Source of the DNA: a virus
Length of the DNA stretch: 54,414 nucleotides
Direction: 5' to 3' (one strand)
UHGV virus genome: UHGV-0203854
Position 1 is the stretch's first letter, and each line of letters opens with the position of its first letter. The notes beneath the pieces were generated by a model. The model saw nothing but the letters and a program-made list of their open reading frames with translations, did not search any database and had not been told where the DNA came from. Made by a program: the position numbers and the translations under genes. Positions 28,742 through 37,214 of the stretch are shown here, one piece after another.

Positions 28742-28810
28742 CACAACCATTCAGCCCTCGACATCACGGTTAAGTCAATTATTACACTACACAAATAAAA
28801 GCAAACAACC

Positions 28811-29128
28811 ATGACATTCACACAATTTGCAAAAGAAGAATTAGGTTACGACACAATAACAACATTTTGGGACGATTTTTCGATTGCAGACAGCTTCGGT
28901 CTTGCAGCAGTAAAAGACACGTTTAACTGTGCTTTTGCGGAATGGAAAACGAACTACAAATACCTTACCGAGTTAGTTCTTGTTCTTAACCACAAGATTT
29001 GGCAGCACTACAAGGAAAACCCAAAACTTGCAGAACTCTACGACGAGCTACGGAATAGAGCTGGCGAGTACGCATGTAAGCACCTTAAAGACGAAGAATT
29101 TGAATACTTCTACACAGTGACAGACTAA
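28811..29128 (+). CDS. Conserved phage hypothetical protein
   Basis: TTFWDDFSIAD...YLTELVLVLNHKIW motif. Confidence 0.8.
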   Translation: MTFTQFAKEELGYDTITTFWDDFSIADSFGLAAVKDTFNCAFAEWKTNYKYLTELVLVLNHKIWQHYKENPKLAELYDELRNRAGEYACKHLKDEEFEYFYTVTD

Positions 29129-29139
29129 AACAAACAGCT

Positions 29140-29409
29140 ATGGCAACAGAATTAGAAGCATTCCGCACTTACAACAGAGTTAAGAAAAGACACCCAGAAG
29201 TTGTAATACTCGTTCGCAATGGCAGCTTATACGCCACCTACAAGGCCGATGCAAAAATAGTCGCTGATGCGTGCGGCTTACACCTATCACACCGACACAA
29301 CAACAAACACTCAGCATTGTGTACTGCTTTTGGCATGTACAGCCTTTATGAATATCTTAACAAGATAATCTCCACAGGGCACAAGTTAGGAATTACAGAA
29401 TTAGACTAA
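29140..29409 (+). CDS. Stand-alone MutS domain I-like protein
   Basis: Y..VKKRHPEVVILVRNGSLY..Y.ADA..VA...GL.L resembles MutS_I. Confidence 0.7.
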   Translation: MATELEAFRTYNRVKKRHPEVVILVRNGSLYATYKADAKIVADACGLHLSHRHNNKHSALCTAFGMYSLYEYLNKIISTGHKLGITELD

Positions 29410-29493
29410 AAATATCGAAGGTTTAGGAACCCACGGCGGTGCGTCTGCACTGGATAGTCATTCGTGCCGCCATTTGTAAAAAGAAAAAAAACA

Positions 29494-29853
29494 ATGACAA
29501 AAGAAGAAACAAAAGAACGCATTAAAGTAATGCAAGCATATATTGATGGTAAAGAAATAGAAGTTCAAAGTTTAAGTGGTGCGTGGTTTTTAACTACTAA
29601 TCCTGCTTGGTCTCCCGACAATAAATATCGTATAAAGACCGAGTATCGTCCTTTTAAAAATGATGAAGAATGTTGGAATGAAATGCAAAAGCATCTGCCT
29701 TTTGGCTGGATAAAAGATAAGGATGAGCGCTTTTATTCTATAACAAAAATTGACAGAGATGGTTGTTGTTCTGGAGATGACGATGATGCGTATGGTTTCC
29801 TTTTTAAATTTAGAAAATTCCTTGATGGAACACCATTTGGTATAAAAGAGTAA
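29494..29853 (+). CDS. Phage hypothetical protein
   Basis: YRPF...ECWNEM.KH.PFGWIK...DGTPFG motif. Confidence 0.75.
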   Translation: MTKEETKERIKVMQAYIDGKEIEVQSLSGAWFLTTNPAWSPDNKYRIKTEYRPFKNDEECWNEMQKHLPFGWIKDKDERFYSITKIDRDGCCSGDDDDAYGFLFKFRKFLDGTPFGIKE

Positions 29854-29873
29854 AATAAAATAAACTAAGAATT

Positions 29874-30293
29874 ATGACACTACAAGAACAATTTAAAACG
29901 TGCTTTAACGAGCTTACACCAGAATACACGAGAATAGGACTAAACCAAGAACGAATTTGGAATTGTAGGCAAGAGCGTGCTAAAATAGAAGAAAAATTAA
30001 AAGTTGAGGAATGCACACCTTTATATGTTAATCGCAGAACAACAATTGACAAACTTAGCATCGAAATAGAAGTTTACTCTTTACAAATAAACGCCTGTAT
30101 TGGAGTAATAGTCAGCAATATCAGAAGGCTGCTTGTAGCAAACGGCTATAACGTTACCAGCAACACACCTGTTGCATGGAATATGGCACAAGACATAAAA
30201 ACGCTTGTTGACCGTGAAGACATCTCAGAAAAGAAATTTCAAGACGGACTAAAATATATCACCTCTAAGTGGGAACAAGTGGGAACAGTCTGA
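29874..30293 (+). CDS. Hypothetical protein
   Basis: Clean ORF in the early operon. Confidence 0.7.
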   Translation: MTLQEQFKTCFNELTPEYTRIGLNQERIWNCRQERAKIEEKLKVEECTPLYVNRRTTIDKLSIEIEVYSLQINACIGVIVSNIRRLLVANGYNVTSNTPVAWNMAQDIKTLVDREDISEKKFQDGLKYITSKWEQVGTV

Positions 30294-30349
30294 TTAAAAA
30301 CTGTGAACTTTTTCTGCCAGCGATGGCCGAGGGGGCGTGAGCAACCGCA

Positions 30350-30437
30350 GTGGCGGTGGGCGACTTGTTTGAGTTATTATTATTCTCTATCCATTCATTG
30401 TTTTGTTTCGGAGGGTTCGAGTCCCTCCCACGCCACA
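30350..30437 (+). ncRNA. tRNA-like RNA (acceptor helix + T-arm) with a U-rich antisense insert
   Basis: GTGGCG(G)TGG pairs with CCACGCCAC; T-arm GAGGG-TTCGAGT-CCCTC; no D or anticodon arm. Confidence 0.65.
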
Positions 30438-30460
30438 CACAACATATAAACGACAACATA

Positions 30461-31225
30461 ATGAACGAGATTAAAATTATTAAGCAAACAGAGCTATGCG
30501 GACAAACATTTTCCGTCTATGGCACTCCAGAAGACCCGCTGTTTCTTGCAAAAGAAGTAGCAGAAGCAATAGGACATTCAGATGTATCTATGATGGTTTC
30601 AAAAATTGATGAAACGGAACACCTGAGACAAACAATATTTGTATCAGGTCAGAAGCGAGAAGTTATAATGCTCACAGAGGACGGATTGTATGAAGTATTA
30701 ATGCAGTCACGCAAGCCAGCTGCCAAGCAATTTAAGAAAGGAGTAAAACTCATTCTGAAAGAAATTAGGACTAAGGGCGGTTACATGACTGTCAAAGACG
30801 AAACTCCAGAAGAAACTATTGCAAGAGCGTTGCTTATGGCCCAGCACACCATTGAACTTCGGGACAAACGTATTGCCCTGCAAGCAGAACAGCTCAAACT
30901 GCAAGCCCCTAAGGTAGCGTATGTTGACGAAGTATTAGCAAGCGACCGCACCTATACCACCACTCAGATTGCGAAAGAACTTGACATGACAAGCGCACAG
31001 GCACTACAGAAGATGCTATGCGACAACGGCATCATGTTTCGCCAGAGTGGGCAATGGTTGCTCACTGCGAAATATTCAGCCAAAGGCTACACCAAAACAC
31101 GCACACATACCTATATATGCTCCAGTGGCGAACAGGGAACGAATACTATAACCGTCTGGACAGAGACAGGCAGAGCCTTCCTGCACGCAATCACGAAGAA
31201 AATCACGGAATTAAAAACAAAATAA
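30461..31225 (+). CDS. Antirepressor (Bro-N + KilAC/ANT)
   Basis: PLFLAKEVAE, LTEDGLYEVLMQSRKP.AK.FK; APKV.Y.D, TTTQIAKEL and WTETGR motifs. Confidence 0.93.
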   Translation: MNEIKIIKQTELCGQTFSVYGTPEDPLFLAKEVAEAIGHSDVSMMVSKIDETEHLRQTIFVSGQKREVIMLTEDGLYEVLMQSRKPAAKQFKKGVKLILKEIRTKGGYMTVKDETPEETIARALLMAQHTIELRDKRIALQAEQLKLQAPKVAYVDEVLASDRTYTTTQIAKELDMTSAQALQKMLCDNGIMFRQSGQWLLTAKYSAKGYTKTRTHTYICSSGEQGTNTITVWTETGRAFLHAITKKITELKTK

Positions 31226-31236
31226 AAGCACAAAAA

Positions 31237-31503
31237 ATGGAAGATACAAGAAACGACAGACTTAAACGCTTAGATGAGGCATACAAAGAAATCTGTATGC
31301 ACTACAAACAGTTGATTAACTATGTAATCCGAACCAACCAGAAAACAACATGCGGAAGATTGTTAGAGATTGTACAGGAGAGAATGGAAAAGAGTGGTTA
31401 TCACTACACAACTGCTGGAATACGTAGAGTGTTAGTGCAGAACAGATTGTACATGTCTAAAGAAGAACTCAATGAAAGACAAAACAGACAAAACGCTCGC
31501 TAA
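31237..31503 (+). CDS. Hypothetical protein (possible DNA-binding)
   Basis: ATG at 31237 after an A-rich leader. Confidence 0.6.
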   Translation: MEDTRNDRLKRLDEAYKEICMHYKQLINYVIRTNQKTTCGRLLEIVQERMEKSGYHYTTAGIRRVLVQNRLYMSKEELNERQNRQNAR

Positions 31504-31657
31504 AATAGAACGAGTACTGTGCTTATTAACAGCAATATTGTTCGGAATAACGGCATTTGCGCAAATATTCATATCACATACAGACATTACAGTGACATTG
31601 ATTTTCTGTTTTATGCTTGCCGTTGGTTTTTGGGCATTTAAAAACAAAAACAAATGA
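31472..31657 (+). CDS. Small two-TM membrane protein
   Basis: Two hydrophobic helices. Confidence 0.6.
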   Translation: MKDKTDKTLAKIERVLCLLTAILFGITAFAQIFISHTDITVTLIFCFMLAVGFWAFKNKNK

Positions 31658-31863
31658 TAACAAGAGACCCACGTAACATAGACGAAGAACGATACTACAA
31701 CAGGAACGAAGTTGCAAAGCTGTTGGAAGTGTGTCGTAATTACACGTACACGCTACAGAAAATGGGCTTATTGAAGCCCTCAGCGAAAGCAGGAAGAAAC
31801 GTATTCTTTCATGGCAGAGACGTGAAAAAATGTTGGAAAACAATAGTAACGACTTTTGATTAA
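31654..31863 (+). CDS. Excisionase-like HTH (MerR/HTH_17)
   Basis: YYNRNEVAKLLEV.R...Y...K.GLL...F.G.DV motif. Confidence 0.7.
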   Translation: MITRDPRNIDEERYYNRNEVAKLLEVCRNYTYTLQKMGLLKPSAKAGRNVFFHGRDVKKCWKTIVTTFD

Positions 31864-31885
31864 CAATTTAAAACACTTTATCACT

Positions 31886-32686
31886 ATGAACGAAATTATT
31901 ACAGTTGAGCAACCGCAAATGCTCGAAGCTATCAACCGAAGCGAAATTGACGTACAAATCGCAACCGCAAAGCGTTACCCACGTGAAGTAGACACCGTTT
32001 TGAAACGAGTTAAGACTCTTGCACTGACTGACGCAGAAAGCGCACAGGGCTGTTTCTATGCCCTAAAAAGGCAAGGAAAAGTTATTGAGGGACTATCCGT
32101 CCGCATGGCCGAAATACTCGCTGACTGTTGGGGCAATATCCGCACAGCAGCACGCATTATCGGCAACGATGGAAAGACCATTACCGCACAGGGCGTATGC
32201 CACGACCTCGAAACAAACACGGCCGTATCTGTAGAAGTAAAGAGACGCATCACTGACAAAGACGGACGTACCTACAGCGAGGATATGCAAGTCACAACAG
32301 GCAACGCAGCTTGTGCCATCGCTTACCGCAACGCAGTCTTGAAAATAATCCCCAAAGCTGTGACAGCCAAAACTATCAAGCAAATCAAGGAAGTAGCATT
32401 CCAAGGCGGTTTCAACCCTGTTGACAGCTACAACAAGTGGGCAGAATACTTCCGCTCCATTAAGGTAACAGAACCAATGCTCCTTTACTATCTCGGCATA
32501 AACGACAAAGCCGAATACGGCAAAGAGCAACACCAATCGCTTGTAGGTGTCTACAACGCTATTACTGAGGGCCAGACAACAGCAAAAGAGTGCTTCATTG
32601 ACCCTTACAACGCACTGCAAGCCAAAAATGAAGCAAACAAGGCTGCTGAAGCCGTAACACAAGCAATGGCGAAATCAAAGAAATAA
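31886..32686 (+). CDS. Putative single-strand annealing recombinase
   Basis: EIDVQIATAKRYPR, IEGLSVRMAE and CHDLETN motifs; paired with the YqaJ exonuclease. Confidence 0.65.
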   Translation: MNEIITVEQPQMLEAINRSEIDVQIATAKRYPREVDTVLKRVKTLALTDAESAQGCFYALKRQGKVIEGLSVRMAEILADCWGNIRTAARIIGNDGKTITAQGVCHDLETNTAVSVEVKRRITDKDGRTYSEDMQVTTGNAACAIAYRNAVLKIIPKAVTAKTIKQIKEVAFQGGFNPVDSYNKWAEYFRSIKVTEPMLLYYLGINDKAEYGKEQHQSLVGVYNAITEGQTTAKECFIDPYNALQAKNEANKAAEAVTQAMAKSKK

Positions 32687-32690
32687 TATC

Positions 32691-33641
32691 ATGGTAACAT
32701 ACGAAATAATCAAAGGACTGTCACACGACCGATGGCTATCACAACGGTCACAGGGCATAGGCTCATCTGAAGTCGGCACGCTCATGGGCGTAAACCCTTA
32801 CGAAAGCCCCTATCAACTGTGGCTTCGCAAGACAGGCCGAGACAACACACCCAAAGCGGAAACGTTCGCCATGACAGCAGGCCATTATCTCGAAGATGCA
32901 GTGTCACGCTTCTACTCTGACAAGACAGGAAACCGCATCATTAAATCAAGTGCAGGAGACTGGCTTGCCGTTGACAAAAAACGACCATACCTCCGTGTGT
33001 CACCTGACCGCACATTCTGGCTCGCAGGCATGCCACAACAGAAGCAATTTAAAGGTATCGTGGAGTGCAAAACAACACAACGCAAGATAGAGCAAGACAA
33101 CATACCGCTCTATTGGTACTGTCAACTGCAATACCAAATGGGCGTAATGCAACTCTGTCATGGTGCGCTCGCATGGCTCACGGCAGGACGAGAGTTCGGC
33201 CATCAAGATTACGAACTCAACACCGACTTCTACAACGAAATGACAGCACGCATAGAGGAGTTTTGGTGCAAGAACGTAAAAGAGAACATTGAACCCGACA
33301 TTACTACAGCAGAAGATGTTTGTGCAAAATACATGCACTCCTCACTCGGAAAGGTTGTTATTGCAAACAACGAGATATGCACAGTAGTAAACGAGTTAAA
33401 AGGAATTAAGACAGAGCTTACGACATTGAAATTACAGCAAACAGAACTCGAAAACCAAATCAAAATGGCTATGCAAGACGGTGAAAGCCTTCTTGACCAA
33501 TACGGCACAGTTCTTTGCACCTGGAAAACCGCCAAGGACAGCACCAAGTTTGATGAGAAAGCATTCCAGAAAGAACACCCAGAAGAATACGAAAAATTTT
33601 TACAAACAAAACAAGGAAGTAGACGCTTCTTGCTTAAATAA
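32691..33641 (+). CDS. YqaJ-like viral recombinase exonuclease
   Basis: WL..R..GIGSSE, SPDR, ECKT and YCQLQYQM motifs. Confidence 0.92.
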   Translation: MVTYEIIKGLSHDRWLSQRSQGIGSSEVGTLMGVNPYESPYQLWLRKTGRDNTPKAETFAMTAGHYLEDAVSRFYSDKTGNRIIKSSAGDWLAVDKKRPYLRVSPDRTFWLAGMPQQKQFKGIVECKTTQRKIEQDNIPLYWYCQLQYQMGVMQLCHGALAWLTAGREFGHQDYELNTDFYNEMTARIEEFWCKNVKENIEPDITTAEDVCAKYMHSSLGKVVIANNEICTVVNELKGIKTELTTLKLQQTELENQIKMAMQDGESLLDQYGTVLCTWKTAKDSTKFDEKAFQKEHPEEYEKFLQTKQGSRRFLLK

Positions 33642-33649
33642 TTAACTCA

Positions 33650-33904
33650 ATGAAAACAGTAACAGGATTTATCAAGGCAACCACCCTGCAAAACATTCCC
33701 GATGAATGGTGGAGACTCACACGTGACGGACAAACACGCTACCTTAAAGTAGCCATTGACGAAAACGAAATACCCGACAAATACGGCCATACACACACCC
33801 TCCGTATAGTGCTTCCAAAAAACGTCCAAAGAGGCGAAAAAAGCACCTATTTAAGCAACTTCAAGCCATACACGCCAGACGACCACAACGAAAACTATAA
33901 GTAA
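33650..33904 (+). CDS. Putative ssDNA-binding protein
   Basis: YLKVAI...PDKYGHTH motif; position in the recombination module. Confidence 0.5.
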   Translation: MKTVTGFIKATTLQNIPDEWWRLTRDGQTRYLKVAIDENEIPDKYGHTHTLRIVLPKNVQRGEKSTYLSNFKPYTPDDHNENYK

Positions 33905-33906
33905 CT

Positions 33907-34062
33907 ATGTATCAGATAACAAACGCAGAGAGACGGCTCATTCTGGAGCTGCTTACACAAGTAGGAGAAGAACTCAAAACCGCCAACAGCACACGGTCAC
34001 AGAACAGAGGCCGCCTCGCTCGTTTGTTGGTCAGAAAACTATCAAACCAAAAGCCCCTATGA
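33907..34062 (+). CDS. 51-aa hypothetical protein (not in the ORF track)
   Basis: MYQITNAERRLILELL...KPL; stop overlaps the next ATG. Confidence 0.6.
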   Translation: MYQITNAERRLILELLTQVGEELKTANSTRSQNRGRLARLLVRKLSNQKPL

Positions 34063-34883
34063 TACGAGACAGCTTCGTTTTTTATAAATCTTTCTTAGAC
34101 GCAATAGAATGTTTTCCTGACGAGGTGCAAATTGTGCTGTATAAAGCTGTCACGAACTATGCACTTAACGGAATTGAACCACAACTCAACGGTGCAGAAA
34201 AAGGTGTCTGGGCGTTAATTAAACCTCAATTAGACGCAAGTATTAATCGCAGAGAATTGACAACAAACGGTAAAAAAAGAGGTGCGCCAATGGGCAACCA
34301 AAACGCCCGAAAAAAAACAAATCAAAACAATTCAAAAAACAATTCCGAAAACAATTCAAAATCAATTCAAAACAATTCCGAAAACAATTCAAACCGATTT
34401 GTTTTGCAAAATCCAACCGACAACTTTCACAGTATCAACGAGTTAGGTAAAACAAAAAACAAAAAAAACAAACTTAATGTAAATGTAAATGTAAATGTAA
34501 ATGATAATGCTAATAGTGTGTGTAAAAAAGAAACAATTCACACACACACTCAACCAGATATTTTTCCAGATTCTGATAACCACGAACAACAACTCATTCG
34601 GTTGATGCAAAATGCTCCAATGTGGCAAGAGGACGTTTGCCGATGCTACAAGATAACGCAAACACAACTCAAAGAACACATAGAGCAATTCAGTGCAGAG
34701 TGCAGAGCAAAACAGACCACGCATCAAAACGACCGTGACATACGCTCACACTTCGTTGACTGGCTGAGATACCAACTTAACAAAAATCAAAATGGCAGAA
34801 AAACTACAGAAACTAATCCAAGAGCCGATTATCAAGATACGCTCGCAAACGCTATTGCGAACTTTGCCCACGGAGACACATGA
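34059..34883 (+). CDS. Replication initiator/replisome organiser (DUF6291-like)
   Basis: RDSFVFYKSF..AI, GAPMGNQNARK and C-terminal HFVDWL motifs; internal iterons. Confidence 0.85.
   Translation: MIRDSFVFYKSFLDAIECFPDEVQIVLYKAVTNYALNGIEPQLNGAEKGVWALIKPQLDASINRRELTTNGKKRGAPMGNQNARKKTNQNNSKNNSENNSKSIQNNSENNSNRFVLQNPTDNFHSINELGKTKNKKNKLNVNVNVNVNDNANSVCKKETIHTHTQPDIFPDSDNHEQQLIRLMQNAPMWQEDVCRCYKITQTQLKEHIEQFSAECRAKQTTHQNDRDIRSHFVDWLRYQLNKNQNGRKTTETNPRADYQDTLANAIANFAHGDT
34324..34390 (+). repeat. Six iteron-like AAAACAATTC repeats (probable replication origin)
   Basis: Copies at 34324, 34336, 34348, 34359 (1 mismatch), 34369 and 34381; A-rich tract and (AATGTA)4 at 34476-34499 follow. Confidence 0.8.
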
Positions 34884-35388
34884 ACGCTGGAAAGCCAAAT
34901 GGCACAGCCCTAAAGCATTCCTTGCCTACTGGCATCCCTCCAACACCATACAGGCACTGACGAAACCCATTCAGGCATGGACAGAAGAATACCCCACGCT
35001 CAACCAAGCTACAGCCCTGTTCGGTGCGCCAACGGTCAGAATGTTCATCGGTACACAACTCGGAGCTTACCTCAACCTCAACACCACGGCCAGCGCACGA
35101 CTCACCGAAGAACAACTCCAGACTATGTGTCGGGAAATTCTCTCCGTTATGCGCAACTACACCGTGTCCGAAGTGACACTCTTCTTTGCACAGCTCCGCA
35201 CTGGCATGTGGCGAATGTACGGCAACACTTCTCGCGAAATATGCGACAAGTTCCGACATGAGTTCATGGACTACCGCAACGCCTGCATTGACGAAGCTGA
35301 AAGCCTGAAGCGACAACAGAAACGCCAAGAACGAGAACCACGGTGCGTAACCTACGAAGAATACAAAAAATCAAAAACTAATCACTAA
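34792..35388 (+). CDS. Putative helicase loader/replication partner
   Basis: Follows the initiator; PTL..., SEVTLFF..LR.G...MYG motif. Confidence 0.6.
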   Translation: MAEKLQKLIQEPIIKIRSQTLLRTLPTETHERWKAKWHSPKAFLAYWHPSNTIQALTKPIQAWTEEYPTLNQATALFGAPTVRMFIGTQLGAYLNLNTTASARLTEEQLQTMCREILSVMRNYTVSEVTLFFAQLRTGMWRMYGNTSREICDKFRHEFMDYRNACIDEAESLKRQQKRQEREPRCVTYEEYKKSKTNH

Positions 35389-35401
35389 AAATCTCAAAAT
35401 C

Positions 35402-35794
35402 ATGTTTTACGAAATTACAGCCAAACTGAAAGAAATTACCCCACAAGGCAGAGAAATTTGCAGCACACACAAGTACCTGACCGAACAACAGCTCTATGCC
35501 GAAGCCGAACACGTCATACTGCAACAACACCCCGACAATGAGACATACGCCATCAAGAAGTCTAAGCTCATGGAAGTGCTCAACAGCCCCACCGATGACA
35601 GCCGTGCCTTTGTTGCAACACTCCAGCAGCAATACGACATTGACGGTAAAAAATCTGCCATGAAGTATGCTATTCTGCTCTTTGCCGAAGACTTCGACAA
35701 GGCACGGCAAATCGTCCGTGAACACCTCCGACAGGGATATGACGACATGGAGTTGGTTAAACTTTCTGAGTCCAAAATCGAAGCCGTGCTATGA
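35402..35794 (+). CDS. DUF4494-like protein
   Basis: FYEITAK...EAE...ILLFAEDFD.A...LSESKI..V pattern. Confidence 0.7.
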   Translation: MFYEITAKLKEITPQGREICSTHKYLTEQQLYAEAEHVILQQHPDNETYAIKKSKLMEVLNSPTDDSRAFVATLQQQYDIDGKKSAMKYAILLFAEDFDKARQIVREHLRQGYDDMELVKLSESKIEAVL

Positions 35795-36273
35795 AACTTA
35801 CACTCAAATCTCACAGCAACACTCGTCAGGTAGCCACCGACATCTACACCGTCAAGTATCAGACCTACCTCCTGCAAGTCCTTTGCGACAACCTCGACTC
35901 GGCAGTACTCGACTACCTCGCACCCATTGACCGCTTGCGCATGACGGCAACCTACGAAACACGCCTTAAACTCGGAAACATTCTCCGACTCGCCAAATCC
36001 CTGCGGGCAGCACTCTCCGAAGTGTGCCACCAGCTCACCATCAGCGAAGAACTGACAGGACTGTCTGACGGACTAAACGACATGTTGATGTTGTTCCGAA
36101 TAAATGCCGATGTGTCAGACGAAGCGGTCAAGGTCATGACCGAACGGCTGGCAGCCACCGTCAAGACAGTCCGTGAGGGGCAAGCTCTCGAAGAAAAGTG
36201 CATCTCACTTATCGAAGAACAGATTGTTAAACCAGCTACCAACAGTACAAAACAAACACAAAATTCAAAATAA
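35791..36273 (+). CDS. Hypothetical protein
   Basis: Translationally coupled ORF. Confidence 0.7.
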   Translation: MKLTLKSHSNTRQVATDIYTVKYQTYLLQVLCDNLDSAVLDYLAPIDRLRMTATYETRLKLGNILRLAKSLRAALSEVCHQLTISEELTGLSDGLNDMLMLFRINADVSDEAVKVMTERLAATVKTVREGQALEEKCISLIEEQIVKPATNSTKQTQNSK

Positions 36274-36361
36274 GCACGATTTGGGGCATTCTAACGAACT
36301 TTCTCCTTAAAGACGCACAATTACACGTTAGCACACAAAATAATCGATTAGAAACAAAATT

Positions 36362-36643
36362 ATGGCACTAAAGATTTTCTCCAACAGAGGACTTGTTGAA
36401 CTACCTCAACGACCCAACAGATACACAGAAGCCGAAATCGCACAGATAATCCACCTTCCAAAAGGCTCATCACTCACCTATGTTCAGATGCAAGGGGGTG
36501 GCAGAATGTATCATGCCGAACGAATCAACAAATACTCGCTTCCGTACAACCACACAGCTACAATGTACTCATTCCCTGAAGCTGAAAGAAAACTTATTTA
36601 TGGCGATGCGCTGTTCCTTACCGAAGAAGAATGCCCAGAATGA
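36362..36643 (+). CDS. Hypothetical protein (DUF3846-like)
   Basis: LPYN..AT...IYGDAL motif. Confidence 0.55.
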   Translation: MALKIFSNRGLVELPQRPNRYTEAEIAQIIHLPKGSSLTYVQMQGGGRMYHAERINKYSLPYNHTATMYSFPEAERKLIYGDALFLTEEECPE

Positions 36644-36689
36644 CAACAGATACACTGCGAAAGATTTTGACACAACTCACTAAAAATTA

Positions 36690-36935
36690 ATGACTATGTT
36701 TAACGGAAACGGATACCCTCTTGGGTCTACTTACGACCCGAACGCACCTTGGAACAGAGACGAACACACATGCACAAAAAAAGTAGACGTATTCATAAAA
36801 CTGTTCGCTACAATCGAAGTGGAAGTAGACGAAGACGGAGACATCTTGTCTGACCTCAAAGATGAAGCCGAAGAACAACTCGAAGACATCATACAACGTG
36901 GAGCATACCAACTCGAAGAAGTGGAGGTTGACTAA
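36690..36935 (+). CDS. Acidic hypothetical protein
   Basis: YPLG...DPNAPWN motif common in phages. Confidence 0.7.
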   Translation: MTMFNGNGYPLGSTYDPNAPWNRDEHTCTKKVDVFIKLFATIEVEVDEDGDILSDLKDEAEEQLEDIIQRGAYQLEEVEVD

Positions 36936-37016
36936 TAAAGCTTAAACAAACTTACTTTTAAAATTTTACAAAATATGGAAATAATCGGTAATATTAACAA
37001 TTTAAAATAAGAGAAA

Positions 37017-37193
37017 TGACACAGAAAAACGTATATCGAATAATTTATCTTAACGCCACATGGCATACTGCCATGGATTATATTGTTGCACACACACTCA
37101 CCGATGCGACAGAGCGTGCTAAAGACTTCTTGAAAGAGGTTAAGGGTCACAAGGTACTAGGTATTAACTTTTACGAAAAAATATGGATATAAT
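37017..37193 (+). CDS. 58-aa hypothetical protein (not in the ORF track)
   Basis: MTQKNVYRIIYL...EKIWI; co-oriented with neighbours. Confidence 0.5.
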
Positions 37194-37214
37194 AATTAAA
37201 AAGAACAAAAATCA

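Noticed and set aside
30350..30460. N-terminal extension of the antirepressor from GTG 30350, or a bona fide tRNA
   Set aside because: The extension runs through the structured RNA while the Bro-N domain starts at ATG 30461. The element has no anticodon arm.
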